Source of the DNA: Actinotalea sp.
GTDB lineage: Bacteria; Actinomycetota; Actinomycetes; Actinomycetales; Cellulomonadaceae
Reading direction: 5' to 3'
NCBI GenBank assembly: GCA_035433545.1
Contig: DAORVC010000004.1
Span: 1-61,437 of the forward strand
DNA length: 61,437 bases
Of the stretch, positions 25,893 to 36,992 are shown piece after piece (position 1 is the stretch's first letter; every line of letters starts with the position of its first letter). The notes below the pieces were generated by a model. It was not told the DNA's origin. It was given only the letters and a program-made list of their open reading frames with translations, and did not search any database. The position numbers and the translations under genes were made by a program.

Positions 25893-26600
25893 TCAGGCCT
25901 CGCCGAAACCGCCCTCGACGACGCCCACGACGGTCTCGACCGCGGCGCGCGCACCCGGACCGCTCGCCGTCACCGTCAGCGCGTGGCCGCCCCGGGCGCT
26001 CAGCGACATGAGGGCGAGGATGCTGCCGCCGTCCACCCCGTCGACCAGCACCGGCACACCCGTGTCGACCACGGCCCGCGCCAGGAGCGCGGCGGGCCGG
26101 GCGTGCAGCCCCAGCGGGTTGCGCAGCGTCGTCGTCGCCGTCACGACGGGCCCCGCGACGACGGGCTGCGGCGCGGCCTGCGTCGCCGGGGACCCCGCCG
26201 CAGCTCCCCCCGCCGCGACGGCTGCCGCCTCGACACCGTCGAGGTCACCGCCCTGCTGGGCGCGCACCGATGCCGCGACGGCACCCTCGACGATCGGGGC
26301 CGCCGGCACGCGGACCAGTGCCGCGTCCGCCTCGTCGAGCATCTCCAGCACGAGGTCCGTGGTGAGCAGCGCGGACCCGAGGTCGGTGAGGACCACCACC
26401 CCGCCGCCGTCCCGGTCGCAGGCCGCCAGTGCCTCCTCGACCGCCGTCATGACACGGTCGACGCTCGTCCCGATGCCCTCCGGCGTCCCGCCGGCCGGGA
26501 GGAGCGTGACGTCGGGTGCCATCTGGCGCGCGATGTCCGCGGTGCCCGACGCGACGTCGGCCGAGTGGGACACCAGGACGAGGGCGACCCGCGCGCTCAC
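25893..26600 (-). CDS. dhaM: Dihydroxyacetone kinase phosphoryl-donor subunit DhaM (EIIA-Man-like plus HPr domains)
   Basis: LVSHS, GGTPEGIGTS, TDLGSA, APIVEGA, then HPr-like NPLGLHARPA and DGGSILALMSL. Confidence 0.9.
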   Translation of the reverse strand: MSARVALVLVSHSADVASGTADIARQMAPDVTLLPAGGTPEGIGTSVDRVMTAVEEALAACDRDGGGVVVLTDLGSALLTTDLVLEMLDEADAALVRVPAAPIVEGAVAASVRAQQGGDLDGVEAAAVAAGGAAAGSPATQAAPQPVVAGPVVTATTTLRNPLGLHARPAALLARAVVDTGVPVLVDGVDGGSILALMSLSARGGHALTVTASGPGARAAVETVVGVVEGGFGEA

Positions 26601-27253
26601 GCCGGCAGACCGAGCGACGCGTCAGCAGCGGTGTCGGCCGCGGCACGCACGATGAGCGCAGACGACGCCGCGCCCGGGTCCCGGTGACCCGCGCTCCGCT
26701 CGCCGAGGTAGGACGCGCGCCCCTTGGTCGCCACCATGGGATCGGTCGCGACGGCCCCGGCCTCGGCCGCCACGGCGGCGGCCTCGAGCACGTCGGCCGG
26801 GTCGGCACCCGCCGACGCCGCCGCCTGGGCAGCGACCGCGGCCGGCGTCCACGCGTCGACCATCGTCTTCTCCCCCGTGGTCGCCTTGCCGCGCGCCACG
26901 ATGCCCTCGAGGCCGGCCTCGAGCAGGGCGACGACGGCACCGGGGTCGAGCTCCGCGGTCCCGGTCACCTTCGCCGCGCGCAGGTACGCCGTGCCGTAGA
27001 GCGGGCCGGCCGCGCCACCCACCGTGGACATCAGCGTGGTGGCGACGAGCTTGAGGACGTCACCCACGGTCGGCGGGTCCTCCTCGAGAGCGTCGAGCTT
27101 GACGACGACGGCGGTGAACCCGCGATACATGTTCTCGCCGTGGTCCCCGTCACCGATCTGCCGGTCGAGCTCGATGAGCTCGGAGCGGTGCTCGGTGACG
27201 ACCGTCGCCGTCCGCCGGACCCACCGCAGTGCCCACGCCACGTCCAGTGCCAT
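26597..27253 (-). CDS. dhaL: Dihydroxyacetone kinase ADP-binding subunit DhaL
   Basis: LDRQIGDGDHGEN, GGAAGPLYG, GEKTMVDA, KGRASYLGERS, DPGA. Confidence 0.95.
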   Translation of the reverse strand: MALDVAWALRWVRRTATVVTEHRSELIELDRQIGDGDHGENMYRGFTAVVVKLDALEEDPPTVGDVLKLVATTLMSTVGGAAGPLYGTAYLRAAKVTGTAELDPGAVVALLEAGLEGIVARGKATTGEKTMVDAWTPAAVAAQAAASAGADPADVLEAAAVAAEAGAVATDPMVATKGRASYLGERSAGHRDPGAASSALIVRAAADTAADASLGLPA

Positions 27254-27390
27254 GCTGCTCCTTCGTCGGGGGAACGGGCCGCGCCCCGATGGGCACGTCA
27301 CCCTGGCTGCAGCCTGCCACGCCCCCTGGGCGGGCGTGGCAGGCTCCCGCTACCCGGTCGGCGCTCAGCGCGCCACCGGGTCCGCGCGGC

Positions 27391-28386
<996 letters not shown>

Positions 28387-28473
28387 GCTGGACTCCCCTT
28401 CGCCTGCCGACCTGCGCCACGTCGTTGCGGCGCACCGGTCGGTCACCTCGTTGTGGCCCCGCCCCCGGTCGCC

Positions 28474-28502
28474 AGCATTGGTCGGCGGCGGCGGGCGGTC
28501 AA
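28474..28502 (-). promoter_or_regulatory. Possible sigma-70-type promoter for dhaKLM
   Basis: TTGACC (28502-28497), 17-nt spacer, AATGCT (28479-28474). Confidence 0.4.
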
Positions 28503-28548
28503 GGGGAAGTCGTTCATGGAGGCTGCACGTATGTGCAGACCCTCCGCG

Positions 28549-29895
28549 TCAGTGCCGACCGAAGAGCGTCCTGGCCTCCGCCGCCATCGTCACCGAGCCG
28601 GTGACGAGCACCCCGGCGCCCGTCGGCGAACCCTCGGCCGCCCCCTCCGACAGCTCGACGGCCAGGGCGATCGCCTCGTCGAGCCGCTCGACGGCATGCA
28701 CGCGGTCCTCGCCGAAGACCTCGGTGGCGATGAGCGCGAGGTCGTCGACGTCGTGCGCGCGCGGGGACGTCGAGCGGGTGACCACCACCTCGTCGAGCAG
28801 CGGCTCGAGGCCGGCGAGGATCTGCTCGGCGTCCTTGTCCTCGAGGATCCCCACCACGCCGACGAGCCGCTCGAAGCTGAACGCGTCGCGGACGCCCGCC
28901 ACGAGGGCCTCGACGCCGTGGGGGTTGTGCGCGGCGTCGACGAGCACCGTCGGGGAGGACCGCACCATCTCGAGCCGGCCCGGGGAGTGCATGTCGGCGA
29001 AGGCCGCCTCGACGAGCTCACCGGACAGCGCGCCGCCATCGCGCAGCACGGCCTCTGCCGCCGCGAGCGCCAGCAGGGAGTTGCTCGCCTGGTGCGCACC
29101 GTGCAGCGGCAGGAACACCTCGGTGTACAGCCCGCCGGTGGTGGACAGGTCGAGCAGCTGGCCGCCGACGGCCACCCGCCGCCCGGCGACCTGCAGGTCC
29201 ACCCCCTCGCGCAGCACCCGCACGCCGTGCTCGGCAGCGGCAGCCAGCACGACGCCGTCGACCTCCTCGCGCTGCGCCGCCATGACGAGCGTGGCGCCGT
29301 CGGTGAGGATGCCGGCCTTCTCCCCCGCGATGTCGACGAGGTCGTGGCCGAGCCAGCGCTCATGGTCGTAGGAGATCGGTGTGATGACCGCGACCTCGGC
29401 GTCGACGACGTTCGTCGCGTCCCACGTGCCGCCGAGCCCGACCTCGATGACCGCGACGTCGACCGGGGCGTCGGCGAAGGCGGCGAAGGCCATCACCGTG
29501 AGCACCTCGAAGAAGCTGAGCCGCGGCCCGCCCGCCGCGAGCGAGCGCGTGTCCACCATGTGCACGTAGGGCGCGACGTCCTGCCAGAGCTCGACGAAGC
29601 GCTCGGCGCTGACGGGCTCGCCGTCGATCGCGATGCGCTCGGTGACGCTCGTCAGGTGCGGGCTGGTGAAGCGGCCCGTGCGCAGCCCGTGCTCGCGCAG
29701 CAGCCGCTCGATCATCCGCGACGTGGACGTCTTGCCGTTGGTGCCCGTGACGTGCACCACGCGGTAGGCACGCTCGGGATGCCCGAGCAGGTCGCACACC
29801 TCGCGGACCCGGTCGAGCGTGGGCTCGAAGTCGTGCTCCGGGGAGCGGTCGAGGATCCCCTGGTAGACCTCGCGCAGCACCTCGTCGCCGCTCAC
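28549..29895 (-). CDS. folC: Bifunctional folylpolyglutamate synthase/dihydrofolate synthase
   Basis: [40 protein letters not shown]. Confidence 0.96.
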   Translation of the reverse strand: MSGDEVLREVYQGILDRSPEHDFEPTLDRVREVCDLLGHPERAYRVVHVTGTNGKTSTSRMIERLLREHGLRTGRFTSPHLTSVTERIAIDGEPVSAERFVELWQDVAPYVHMVDTRSLAAGGPRLSFFEVLTVMAFAAFADAPVDVAVIEVGLGGTWDATNVVDAEVAVITPISYDHERWLGHDLVDIAGEKAGILTDGATLVMAAQREEVDGVVLAAAAEHGVRVLREGVDLQVAGRRVAVGGQLLDLSTTGGLYTEVFLPLHGAHQASNSLLALAAAEAVLRDGGALSGELVEAAFADMHSPGRLEMVRSSPTVLVDAAHNPHGVEALVAGVRDAFSFERLVGVVGILEDKDAEQILAGLEPLLDEVVVTRSTSPRAHDVDDLALIATEVFGEDRVHAVERLDEAIALAVELSEGAAEGSPTGAGVLVTGSVTMAAEARTLFGRH

Positions 29896-32800
29896 GGGGT
29901 CGCCTCGCCGCCGGCATCGGGCACAGCGCCGCCGGCATCGGGCACCGCGAGCCGGACGTCCACGCCCGCGACGCCGCCGTCGGGCACCGTGCCCTCGACC
30001 ACCGCGAGCTCGACCGCGAGGGTCTCGCGCGCGACCATCTCGGCATGCGCCGTCAGGGCGTCGACCCGCTCCGCCGGGACCGTGAGGACCAGCGCGATAC
30101 GGTCGGCGACCTGCAGCCCGGCGGCCTTGCGGGCGTCCTGCACGGCCCGCACGACGTCCCGCGCGAAGCCCTCGGCACGCAGCGCGTCGTCCAGCGCGGT
30201 GTCGAGCAGCACCACCTCGCCGCCGCGCAGCACGGCGGCGACCTGATCGGTCGGGGCGCCCTCCGCCACGACGGTGGCGAGCTCGTACTCGTGCTCCACC
30301 AGCTCCACCGGTCCGGCGGCGGTCTGCACCACGACGACCCCGTCGGTCACGTGCCAGTCGCCGGCCTTGGCCGCCCGGAGGACGTCCTGCACCCCACGGC
30401 CCAGGCGCGGACCGGCTGCCCGCGCGTTGACCGACAGCCGGTGCGCGACGCCGAGGTCGGCCAGGCTCACCTGCACCAGGTCCACGAGCGTCACGTGCTG
30501 GACGTTGAGCTCGCTGCGGAGCAGCTCGACGTAGGGCTCGATCGCCGCCGGGTCGGCCAGGGCGACGGCGAGCTCACGCAGCGGCTGCCGCACGCGCAGG
30601 CCGTGCGCCTTGCGCAGGCCGAGGGCGGCCGAGACGATCTCGCGCACCTCGTCCATCGCGCCGACGAGGGCCGGGTCGGCCGCCAGCACCCGCTCGACGA
30701 CGAGGCCGTCTGCCGCGGCGGTCGCCGGCCAGTCCGTCAGGTGCACGCTGCGTCCGCCCGTCAGCCCGCGCCAGATCTCCTCGCTGAGCAGCGGGGCGAG
30801 CGGGGCCATGACACGCGTCAGCACCTCCAGCGCGGTGGCCAGGGTGTCGAACGCGTCGCGGTCCTCCGACCAGAAGCGCTCACGCTGGGTCCGCACGTAC
30901 CAGTTGGTCAGCACGTCGAGGTGCTCACGCACCGACTCGCAGGCCCCCGGGACGTCGTAGGCGTCGAGCTGGCCGGTCACGGTCGCCACGAGGTCGTGCG
31001 TGCGGGCCAGCAGGTAGCGGTCCATCGGCGCCAGCCCGGCCACGCGGCCCGCCGTCAGCTGCTGCGCGACGTAGCCCGCGCCCCCGTCGGCCGCCCCCGC
31101 GTACAGCGTGAAGAAGTTCCACGTGCTCCACAGCGGCAGGAGCACCTGGCGCACCTCGGCGCGGATGCCCTCCTCGGTCACCACGAGGTTGCCCCCGCGC
31201 AGGATGGGGCTCGCCATGAGGAACCAGCGCATCGCGTCCGAGCCGTCGCGCTCGAAGACCTCGTTGACGTCCGGGTAGTTGCGCAGCGACTTGCTCATCT
31301 TGCGGCCGTCGGAGCCCAGGACGATGCCGTGCGAGACGCACGTGCGGAAGGCCGGGCGGTCGAACAGCGCCGTCGCGAGCACGTGCAGCGTGTAGAACCA
31401 GCCGCGCGTCTGGCCGATGTACTCGGTGATGAAGTCGCCCGGGTAGTGGTCCTCGAACCAGTCGCCGTTCTCGAACGGGTAGTGCACCTGGGCGTAGGGC
31501 ATCGAGCCCGAGTCGAACCACACGTCCAGGACGTCCGGGATGCGGCGCATGGTGGCGCGGCCCGTCGGGTCGTCAGGGTTGGGGCGCGTCAGCTCGTCGA
31601 TGAAGGGGCGGTGCAGGTCGGGCTCGCCCGACTCGTTGAGCGGGAGGCGGCCGAAGTCGGCCTCGAGCTGGGCCAGCGAGCCGTAGACGTCGACGCGCGG
31701 GTACGACGGGTCGTCCGACTCCCAGACGGGGATGGGCGTGCCCCAGTAGCGGTTGCGGGAGATCGACCAGTCCCGCGCACCGGACAGCCACTTGCCGAAC
31801 TGGCCGTCCTTGATGTGGTCCGGCACCCAGGTGATGTCGTCGTTGAGCTCGACCATCCGGTCGCGGAACGCGCTGACCTTGACGAACCAGCTGGACACCG
31901 CCTTGTAGATGAGCGGGTTGCGGCACCGCCAGCAGTGCGGGTACGAGTGCTCGTACGTCTCGTGCCGCACGACGACGGCGCGCTGGGCCGGTGCGACCCC
32001 GGCCAGCGGCCCGGTGCCGGCCTTGAGGTCAGCGATGACCAGCGGGTTGGCGTCGAACACCAGCCGGCCCGCGTAGTCGGCGACCTCGGCCGTGAACCGG
32101 CCCTTGGCGTCCACCGGCACCACCGGGACGATCCCCGCGGCGTCGCACACGGCCATGTCGTCCTCGCCGAAGGCCGGCGCGAGGTGCACGATCCCCGTGC
32201 CGTCCTCCGTCGAGACGAAGTCGGCCGTGAGCACGCGATGGGCGTTGTCGCGGCCCTCGAAGTAGCCGAACGGCGGCGTGTAGCGCAGGCCGGCCAGCGC
32301 GCTGCCTGGCACGCGCGCGACCACCCGCGGGTCCTCGCCGAGCTCGCGGGCGTAGGCACCGAGCCGCGACGCGGCGAGCAGCACGTGCTCGCCCGCGAGC
32401 GCGCCGTCGGCCGGGACCACCGTGACGTACTCGATCCCGGGGCCCACCGCGAGGGCGAGGTTGGACGGCAGCGTCCAGGGCGTCGTCGTCCACAGCAGGG
32501 CGAGGTCGCCGGTCTCCAGGCGCACGCCGACCGTCAGCGCGGGGTCCTGGCGCGAGGCGTAGACGTCGTCGTCCATCCGCAGCTCGTGGTTGGACAGCGG
32601 CGTCTCGTCGCGCCAGCAGTACGGCAGGACGCGGTAGCCCTCGTAGGCCAGGCCCTTGTCGTAGAGCTGCGCGAAGGCCCAGACGACGGACTCCATGTAG
32701 CTGACGTCGAGCGTCTTGTAGTCGTTCTCGAAGTCCACCCAGCGCGCCTGGCGGGTGACGTACTCCTGCCACTCGCCGGTGTACTTCAGCACCGAGCTGC

Positions 32801-33194
32801 GGCAGGCCTCGTTGAACGCCGCGATGCCCATCTCGTCGATCTGCGACTTGTCGGTGATCCCGAGGATCCGCTCGGCCTCGAGCTCGGCCGGCAGGCCGTG
32901 GGTGTCCCACCCGAACCGGCGCTCGACCCGGCGGCCGCGCTGCGTCTGGTAGCGCCCGACGATGTCCTTGGCGTAGCCGGTCAGCAGGTGCCCGTAGTGC
33001 GGCAGGCCGTTGGCGAAGGGCGGGCCGTCGTAGAAGACGAACTCGTTGGCCCCTTGGTCCCCGGCCGCTCGCTGGTCGACGGAGGCCTGGAAGGTGCCGT
33101 CCGCGGCCCAGTGGGCCAGGACCTCGCGCTCGATCGCCGGCAGGTCGGGCGATGCGGGGACGGCGGAGTCCGGACGGTGCAGGGGGTAGGCCAC
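29892..33194 (-). CDS. ileS: Isoleucine--tRNA ligase (type 2)
   Basis: [15 protein letters not shown] (HIGH), [11 protein letters not shown] editing domain, KMSKS. Ile T-box upstream. Confidence 0.96.
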   Translation of the reverse strand: MAYPLHRPDSAVPASPDLPAIEREVLAHWAADGTFQASVDQRAAGDQGANEFVFYDGPPFANGLPHYGHLLTGYAKDIVGRYQTQRGRRVERRFGWDTHGLPAELEAERILGITDKSQIDEMGIAAFNEACRSSVLKYTGEWQEYVTRQARWVDFENDYKTLDVSYMESVVWAFAQLYDKGLAYEGYRVLPYCWRDETPLSNHELRMDDDVYASRQDPALTVGVRLETGDLALLWTTTPWTLPSNLALAVGPGIEYVTVVPADGALAGEHVLLAASRLGAYARELGEDPRVVARVPGSALAGLRYTPPFGYFEGRDNAHRVLTADFVSTEDGTGIVHLAPAFGEDDMAVCDAAGIVPVVPVDAKGRFTAEVADYAGRLVFDANPLVIADLKAGTGPLAGVAPAQRAVVVRHETYEHSYPHCWRCRNPLIYKAVSSWFVKVSAFRDRMVELNDDITWVPDHIKDGQFGKWLSGARDWSISRNRYWGTPIPVWESDDPSYPRVDVYGSLAQLEADFGRLPLNESGEPDLHRPFIDELTRPNPDDPTGRATMRRIPDVLDVWFDSGSMPYAQVHYPFENGDWFEDHYPGDFITEYIGQTRGWFYTLHVLATALFDRPAFRTCVSHGIVLGSDGRKMSKSLRNYPDVNEVFERDGSDAMRWFLMASPILRGGNLVVTEEGIRAEVRQVLLPLWSTWNFFTLYAGAADGGAGYVAQQLTAGRVAGLAPMDRYLLARTHDLVATVTGQLDAYDVPGACESVREHLDVLTNWYVRTQRERFWSEDRDAFDTLATALEVLTRVMAPLAPLLSEEIWRGLTGGRSVHLTDWPATAAADGLVVERVLAADPALVGAMDEVREIVSAALGLRKAHGLRVRQPLRELAVALADPAAIEPYVELLRSELNVQHVTLVDLVQVSLADLGVAHRLSVNARAAGPRLGRGVQDVLRAAKAGDWHVTDGVVVVQTAAGPVELVEHEYELATVVAEGAPTDQVAAVLRGGEVVLLDTALDDALRAEGFARDVVRAVQDARKAAGLQVADRIALVLTVPAERVDALTAHAEMVARETLAVELAVVEGTVPDGGVAGVDVRLAVPDAGGAVPDAGGEATP

Positions 33195-33428
33195 GAGTGG
33201 TCTCCTTCGGCGCCACGGGGCGCGCACGGCAGGCGGGCCACGAGGACGACGGACCCGGACCGGCCGGGGACCACCGCGGTACCACCTCGCTTGCCGACGC
33301 CCCGCACGCGGGTCACCGACCACTCTCGACGGCTGTGACGGGCCTGCCCCGTCCGGTTCTACTGAGGCCGCGGTGGCGCGGCCCGTTCTTCCGGAGGCTC
33401 GCCGGTGATGGCCGGGTCGACGCCTGTG
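33195..33428 (-). ncRNA. Translational (class II) T-box riboswitch, Ile specifier
   Basis: Ultrashort stem I GUCGACCCGGCC-AUC-ACCGGCGAGCC (AUC at 33409-33407), stem II with AGUAGAA S-turn, T-box AAGCGAGGUGGUACCGCG (33292-33275), AAGGAG RBS. -10 TAGGAT at 33440-33435. Confidence 0.92.
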
Positions 33429-33437
33429 CGGGCGATC

Positions 33438-33938
33438 CTACGCGGTGACCGGCGGGAGCGCAGACCAGGGGAACGTGATCCACCGGGCGGTGCGCCGCCA
33501 GACGAAGTCGGGGTCGACCACCGAGTGCGGCTTGGCGTACAGCACCGCGGTGCGCACCTCGAGGCAGTGCGGGGTCATGAGGCGCTGCACGAGGGCGAGG
33601 GTCTCGCCCGTGTCCGCGACGTCGTCGACGAGCAGGGCGCTGAGCCCGTGCAGCGCGGCGGTGTCCAGCAGCGGGGGCAGCACCACCGGGTCCGGGAGTC
33701 GCTCGTCGACACCCGTGTAGAACTCGACGTTGAGCGTGCCGACGGCCTTGGTGCCCAGCGCGTAGGCGATCGCGCCGCCCGGTGGCAACCCGCCCCGCGC
33801 GACGGCCACGACGACGTCGGGCACGAAGCCCGACGCCACCACGGCGGTGGCGAGCTCGCGCACGGCCGAGCCGAAGCGCTCCCACGTCAGGTCCTCGCGG
33901 TCGGTGGGCAGCTCCTGGCCGGGGGCGGTCTCGCTCAT
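33438..33938 (-). CDS. Type I phosphoribosyltransferase (purine PRTase-like)
   Basis: VARGG, LLVDDVADTGET PRPP-binding loop, WITFPW. Leaderless layout (TAGGCT-N6-ATG). Confidence 0.9.
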   Translation of the reverse strand: MSETAPGQELPTDREDLTWERFGSAVRELATAVVASGFVPDVVVAVARGGLPPGGAIAYALGTKAVGTLNVEFYTGVDERLPDPVVLPPLLDTAALHGLSALLVDDVADTGETLALVQRLMTPHCLEVRTAVLYAKPHSVVDPDFVWRRTARWITFPWSALPPVTA

Positions 33939-34229
33939 GGTCGCAGCCTAGGCGCGGGCCGGGCACGGGTCGGTGGCCGCGCGGGGTCGGGGACCGGCCG
34001 GGGCCGGGGCGCCGCACGCTGCGGCCGTGGTGCCGGCGAGACCGTGGCGCCGGCGAGTCCTGGGTGCTCGTGAGGCCTGGGTGCTGGCGCCGCCACCGTC
34101 GCGGTCGTCGTAGCGGCGCCTGGTACCCGTGGTGCTGGTGGGGCGCCGCGGCCCGGACTCACGCACCACCCGCACCATCGGCCGCCATGACGACCGGGTG
34201 TGCGCTGTCCGCGCGCGGCGAGCCCGGGG

Positions 34230-34260
34230 TTGACCTTGACGTAACGTGAAGTTCTACCGT
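34230..34260 (+). promoter_or_regulatory. MerR-type promoter with 19-bp spacer and dyad operator
   Basis: TTGACC (34230-34235), 19 nt, TACCGT (34255-34260). Imperfect dyad CTTGACGT-A-ACGTGAAG in the spacer. Confidence 0.85.
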
Positions 34261-34284
34261 GGTGCAGGTCCGAGAGGAGGACGC

Positions 34285-35043
34285 GTGGAGGTCTCGATCC
34301 AGGAGGTCGCCCGGCTGGCCGGCACGACGAGCCGCACCCTGCGCCACTACGACGCGATCGGGCTGCTGCCGCCGAGCAGGGTGGCCGGCAACGGCTACCG
34401 CTGGTACGACGACGACTCGCTGGTCCGGCTGCAGCGCATCCTGCTGCTCCGGGACCTGGGCCTGCCCCTGCCGCAGATCGGGCGGGTGCTGGACCGGCAG
34501 GGCGACGAGGCCGGCGCGCTGCGGGACCACCTCACCTGGCTGCGTACCGAGCAGCACCGGCTGGCGCGGCAGATCGCGTCGGTCGAGCGGACGATCACGG
34601 CACGCACCGAAGGAGGACGGCTCATGGCCGAGGACATGCTGGACGGGTTCGACCACACGCGGCACCGCGAGGAGGTCGAGCAACGCTGGGGCGCGGAGGC
34701 CTACGCGTCGGGCGACCGCTGGTGGCGCGGGATGTCCCCGCCCGAGCAGGCGGGGTGGAAGCAGCGGGCCGACGACCTGGGCGCGGACTGGCGGGCGGCC
34801 GCCGCCGCGGGCCTCTCGCCCCAGGACCCGGGTGCGCAGGCCCTGGCCCGACGCCACGCGGACTGGCTCGCGGCGATCCCCGGCACCCCCGGGTTCGGCA
34901 CGGGCGCCCCCGCCAGGGCCTACCTGCTGGGCCTCGGCGAGATGTACGTCGCCGACGAGCGGTTCGCAGCGAGCTACGGGGGGACGCAGGGTGCGACGTT
35001 CGTGCGCGACGCCCTGACCGTGTACGCCGAGCGGAACCTCTAG
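34285..35043 (+). CDS. MerR family regulator with TipAS-like C-terminal domain
   Basis: SIQEVARLAGTTSRTLRHYDAIGLL, GYRWY HTH. C-terminal EVEQRWG and LGEMYVADERF. AGGAGG RBS. Confidence 0.9.
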   Translation: MEVSIQEVARLAGTTSRTLRHYDAIGLLPPSRVAGNGYRWYDDDSLVRLQRILLLRDLGLPLPQIGRVLDRQGDEAGALRDHLTWLRTEQHRLARQIASVERTITARTEGGRLMAEDMLDGFDHTRHREEVEQRWGAEAYASGDRWWRGMSPPEQAGWKQRADDLGADWRAAAAAGLSPQDPGAQALARRHADWLAAIPGTPGFGTGAPARAYLLGLGEMYVADERFAASYGGTQGATFVRDALTVYAERNL

Positions 35044-35287
35044 GGCCAGCTCGGGCGGCGGGGTCGGCACCGTGGTGCCGTCGCGCCGGCGGTGGTCAGC
35101 CGGATGTCCCTGCCCGCCGCCAGGGCGTCCAGAGCCGTGGGGTCCGCCATGCGCCGGGACCCTCGCCGCGGCGCCTCGGTGCCGAGCGACGGAGCCCGAG
35201 GTCGCGGCGCGGCGCAGCCTCACGATCCGCACGGCGCGGCCGATGGGTGCCACGAGCGGGCCAGCGGGGCCGGGAACGGAGGTGCGG

Positions 35288-36931
35288 GTGTCCGTGCTGG
35301 ACGAGCGCATCGTGGACGGCGGACGCGGGGACGGGTACGGCGAGCAGATCGAGGAGCTCGAGTTCCTCCTCGAGGCCGACCCGACCCTCGGCGCCCGCCG
35401 CGCGGCGGCCCACGTGCGGGCGGCCCGCGCCGAGCGCGACGACGACGCCGAGATGCGGCTGTCGTACTACCTCGCGCTGGCGCACCACGTGCAGGGGCAC
35501 GACGTCGCGGCGCTCGCGGCGGCCGCTCGGACCGAGCAGCTCGCCCTGGGCCGCGGTGACCTCGCGTGGCAGTCCCGCGCGCTCGCCTGCCGGGGCATGG
35601 TGCACCACGAGATCGGTGACGTCGAGGACGCGGTGGACCTGCTGCGCCGGGCCGTCGACCTGCGCCGCGAGGCGCACGACGACGCGGGGACGGCCGAGGT
35701 GCTGACGAGCCTCGGCCGGGTCTACATCGGCATGTCGCAGTTCGCCCCCGAGGCGGCCTCGACCCTCGCGGAGGCGCGGCGGCTGTGGCTCACGGCCGGC
35801 GAGCCCGACGGCGCCTCGACCGCCCTGACCCACCTCGCCACGAACTACGTCGTCATGAGCCAGCGGATCGCGCGCACCAACAGCCGGGGCGCCCTCGCGG
35901 CGGCGCGCAAGGCGCTCGAGGTGGCACAGCAGGCCGTCGACGAGGCCGACGCCGCCGGCCTCAGCCGCACGGCGATCGACGCCCGGCTCGCCGTCGTCGG
36001 CGCGCACCTCGTCAGCGGGGACCTCGAGGCTGCCGGGGTCACCCTGCGCGCCACCACGACGATGCAGACCCGCTTCCCCGCCCCGCGCCAACAGCTCGCC
36101 CTGCACCGCGTCCGGGCCGCGTGGCTGGCGCAGACCGGGCGGTGCGCCGACGCGATCGACGAGGTCGACGCCGGGCTGCGGATGTGTGACGTCCTCGACC
36201 GCCCCGCGGACCGGGTCGAGCTGCTGCGCACGCGCGTGGACGCCCTGGAGCGCTCGGGCGACGTCGTCGGTGCGCTGGGCACGCTGCACGAGCTGCACGA
36301 CCTCACCGTCGAGCTGGGCGAGGCCGTCGCGGCGCGGCGGGCGGTGCTGCTCAGCTCACGGCTCGAGGTCGAGCGGGCCGAGCGGGTCGCGGAGGCCGAG
36401 CGCCGCCGGTCGAGCGCGCTGGAGGCCCGCAACGAGCGCCTCGCGTACGAGGCGAGCCACGACGTGCTCACCGGGCTGGCCAACCGGCGCGCGCTCGACG
36501 ACGACCTCGTCGCCCGCGCGGAGGGCGGTGCGCGCCCGTTCACGCTCGCCCTGGTGGACGTCGACCACTTCAAGCGGGTCAACGACGAGTGCTCGCACCA
36601 GACCGGTGACGAGGTGCTCGCGCGGCTCGGCGCGGTGCTGGCCGCGTCGGTGCGGCCCGGCGACCTCGCGGCCCGCTACGGCGGGGAGGAGTTCGCCCTC
36701 GTGCTCGACGGCGCCGACCGGGAGGTCGCGCGCGGCGTGTGCGACCGGGTCCGGTCGGTCGTCGCGGCGCTCGACTGGCCGCACGACGTCCCCGGCGGGC
36801 GCGTGACGGTGAGCATCGGCGCCGCCGCGCGCACGGCGACGACGACCGTCGACGAGGTGCTTGCGCGCGCGGACGCGGCGCTCTACCTGGCGGAGGCGGA
36901 CGGCCGTAACCGGGTGCAGCTCGCCGACTGA
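35288..36931 (+). CDS. Diguanylate cyclase with helical (TPR-like) N-terminus
   Basis: HDVLTGLANRR, DVDHFKRVND, RPGD I-site, RYGGEEF active site. Start approximate (GTG 35282 or 35288). Confidence 0.9.
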   Translation: MSVLDERIVDGGRGDGYGEQIEELEFLLEADPTLGARRAAAHVRAARAERDDDAEMRLSYYLALAHHVQGHDVAALAAAARTEQLALGRGDLAWQSRALACRGMVHHEIGDVEDAVDLLRRAVDLRREAHDDAGTAEVLTSLGRVYIGMSQFAPEAASTLAEARRLWLTAGEPDGASTALTHLATNYVVMSQRIARTNSRGALAAARKALEVAQQAVDEADAAGLSRTAIDARLAVVGAHLVSGDLEAAGVTLRATTTMQTRFPAPRQQLALHRVRAAWLAQTGRCADAIDEVDAGLRMCDVLDRPADRVELLRTRVDALERSGDVVGALGTLHELHDLTVELGEAVAARRAVLLSSRLEVERAERVAEAERRRSSALEARNERLAYEASHDVLTGLANRRALDDDLVARAEGGARPFTLALVDVDHFKRVNDECSHQTGDEVLARLGAVLAASVRPGDLAARYGGEEFALVLDGADREVARGVCDRVRSVVAALDWPHDVPGGRVTVSIGAAARTATTTVDEVLARADAALYLAEADGRNRVQLAD

Positions 36932-36992
36932 CGCGACGGCGCCGGCCGCCCGCAGCACGACGGCCCGCGGACGGCCGGTCACCGCCCCGGCG

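Noticed and set aside
29892-33194. IleRS2 as an acquired mupirocin-resistance gene
   Set aside because: Chromosomal ileS-folC context with a native T-box and a canonical HYGH motif. Type 2 IleRS is the usual housekeeping form in Actinobacteria.
33948-34178. 76-aa minus-strand ORF in the PRTase-MerR gap
   Set aside because: Arg/Pro/Ala-rich with no RBS or motif. Its TAG doubles as the PRTase -10. Not supportable as a gene.
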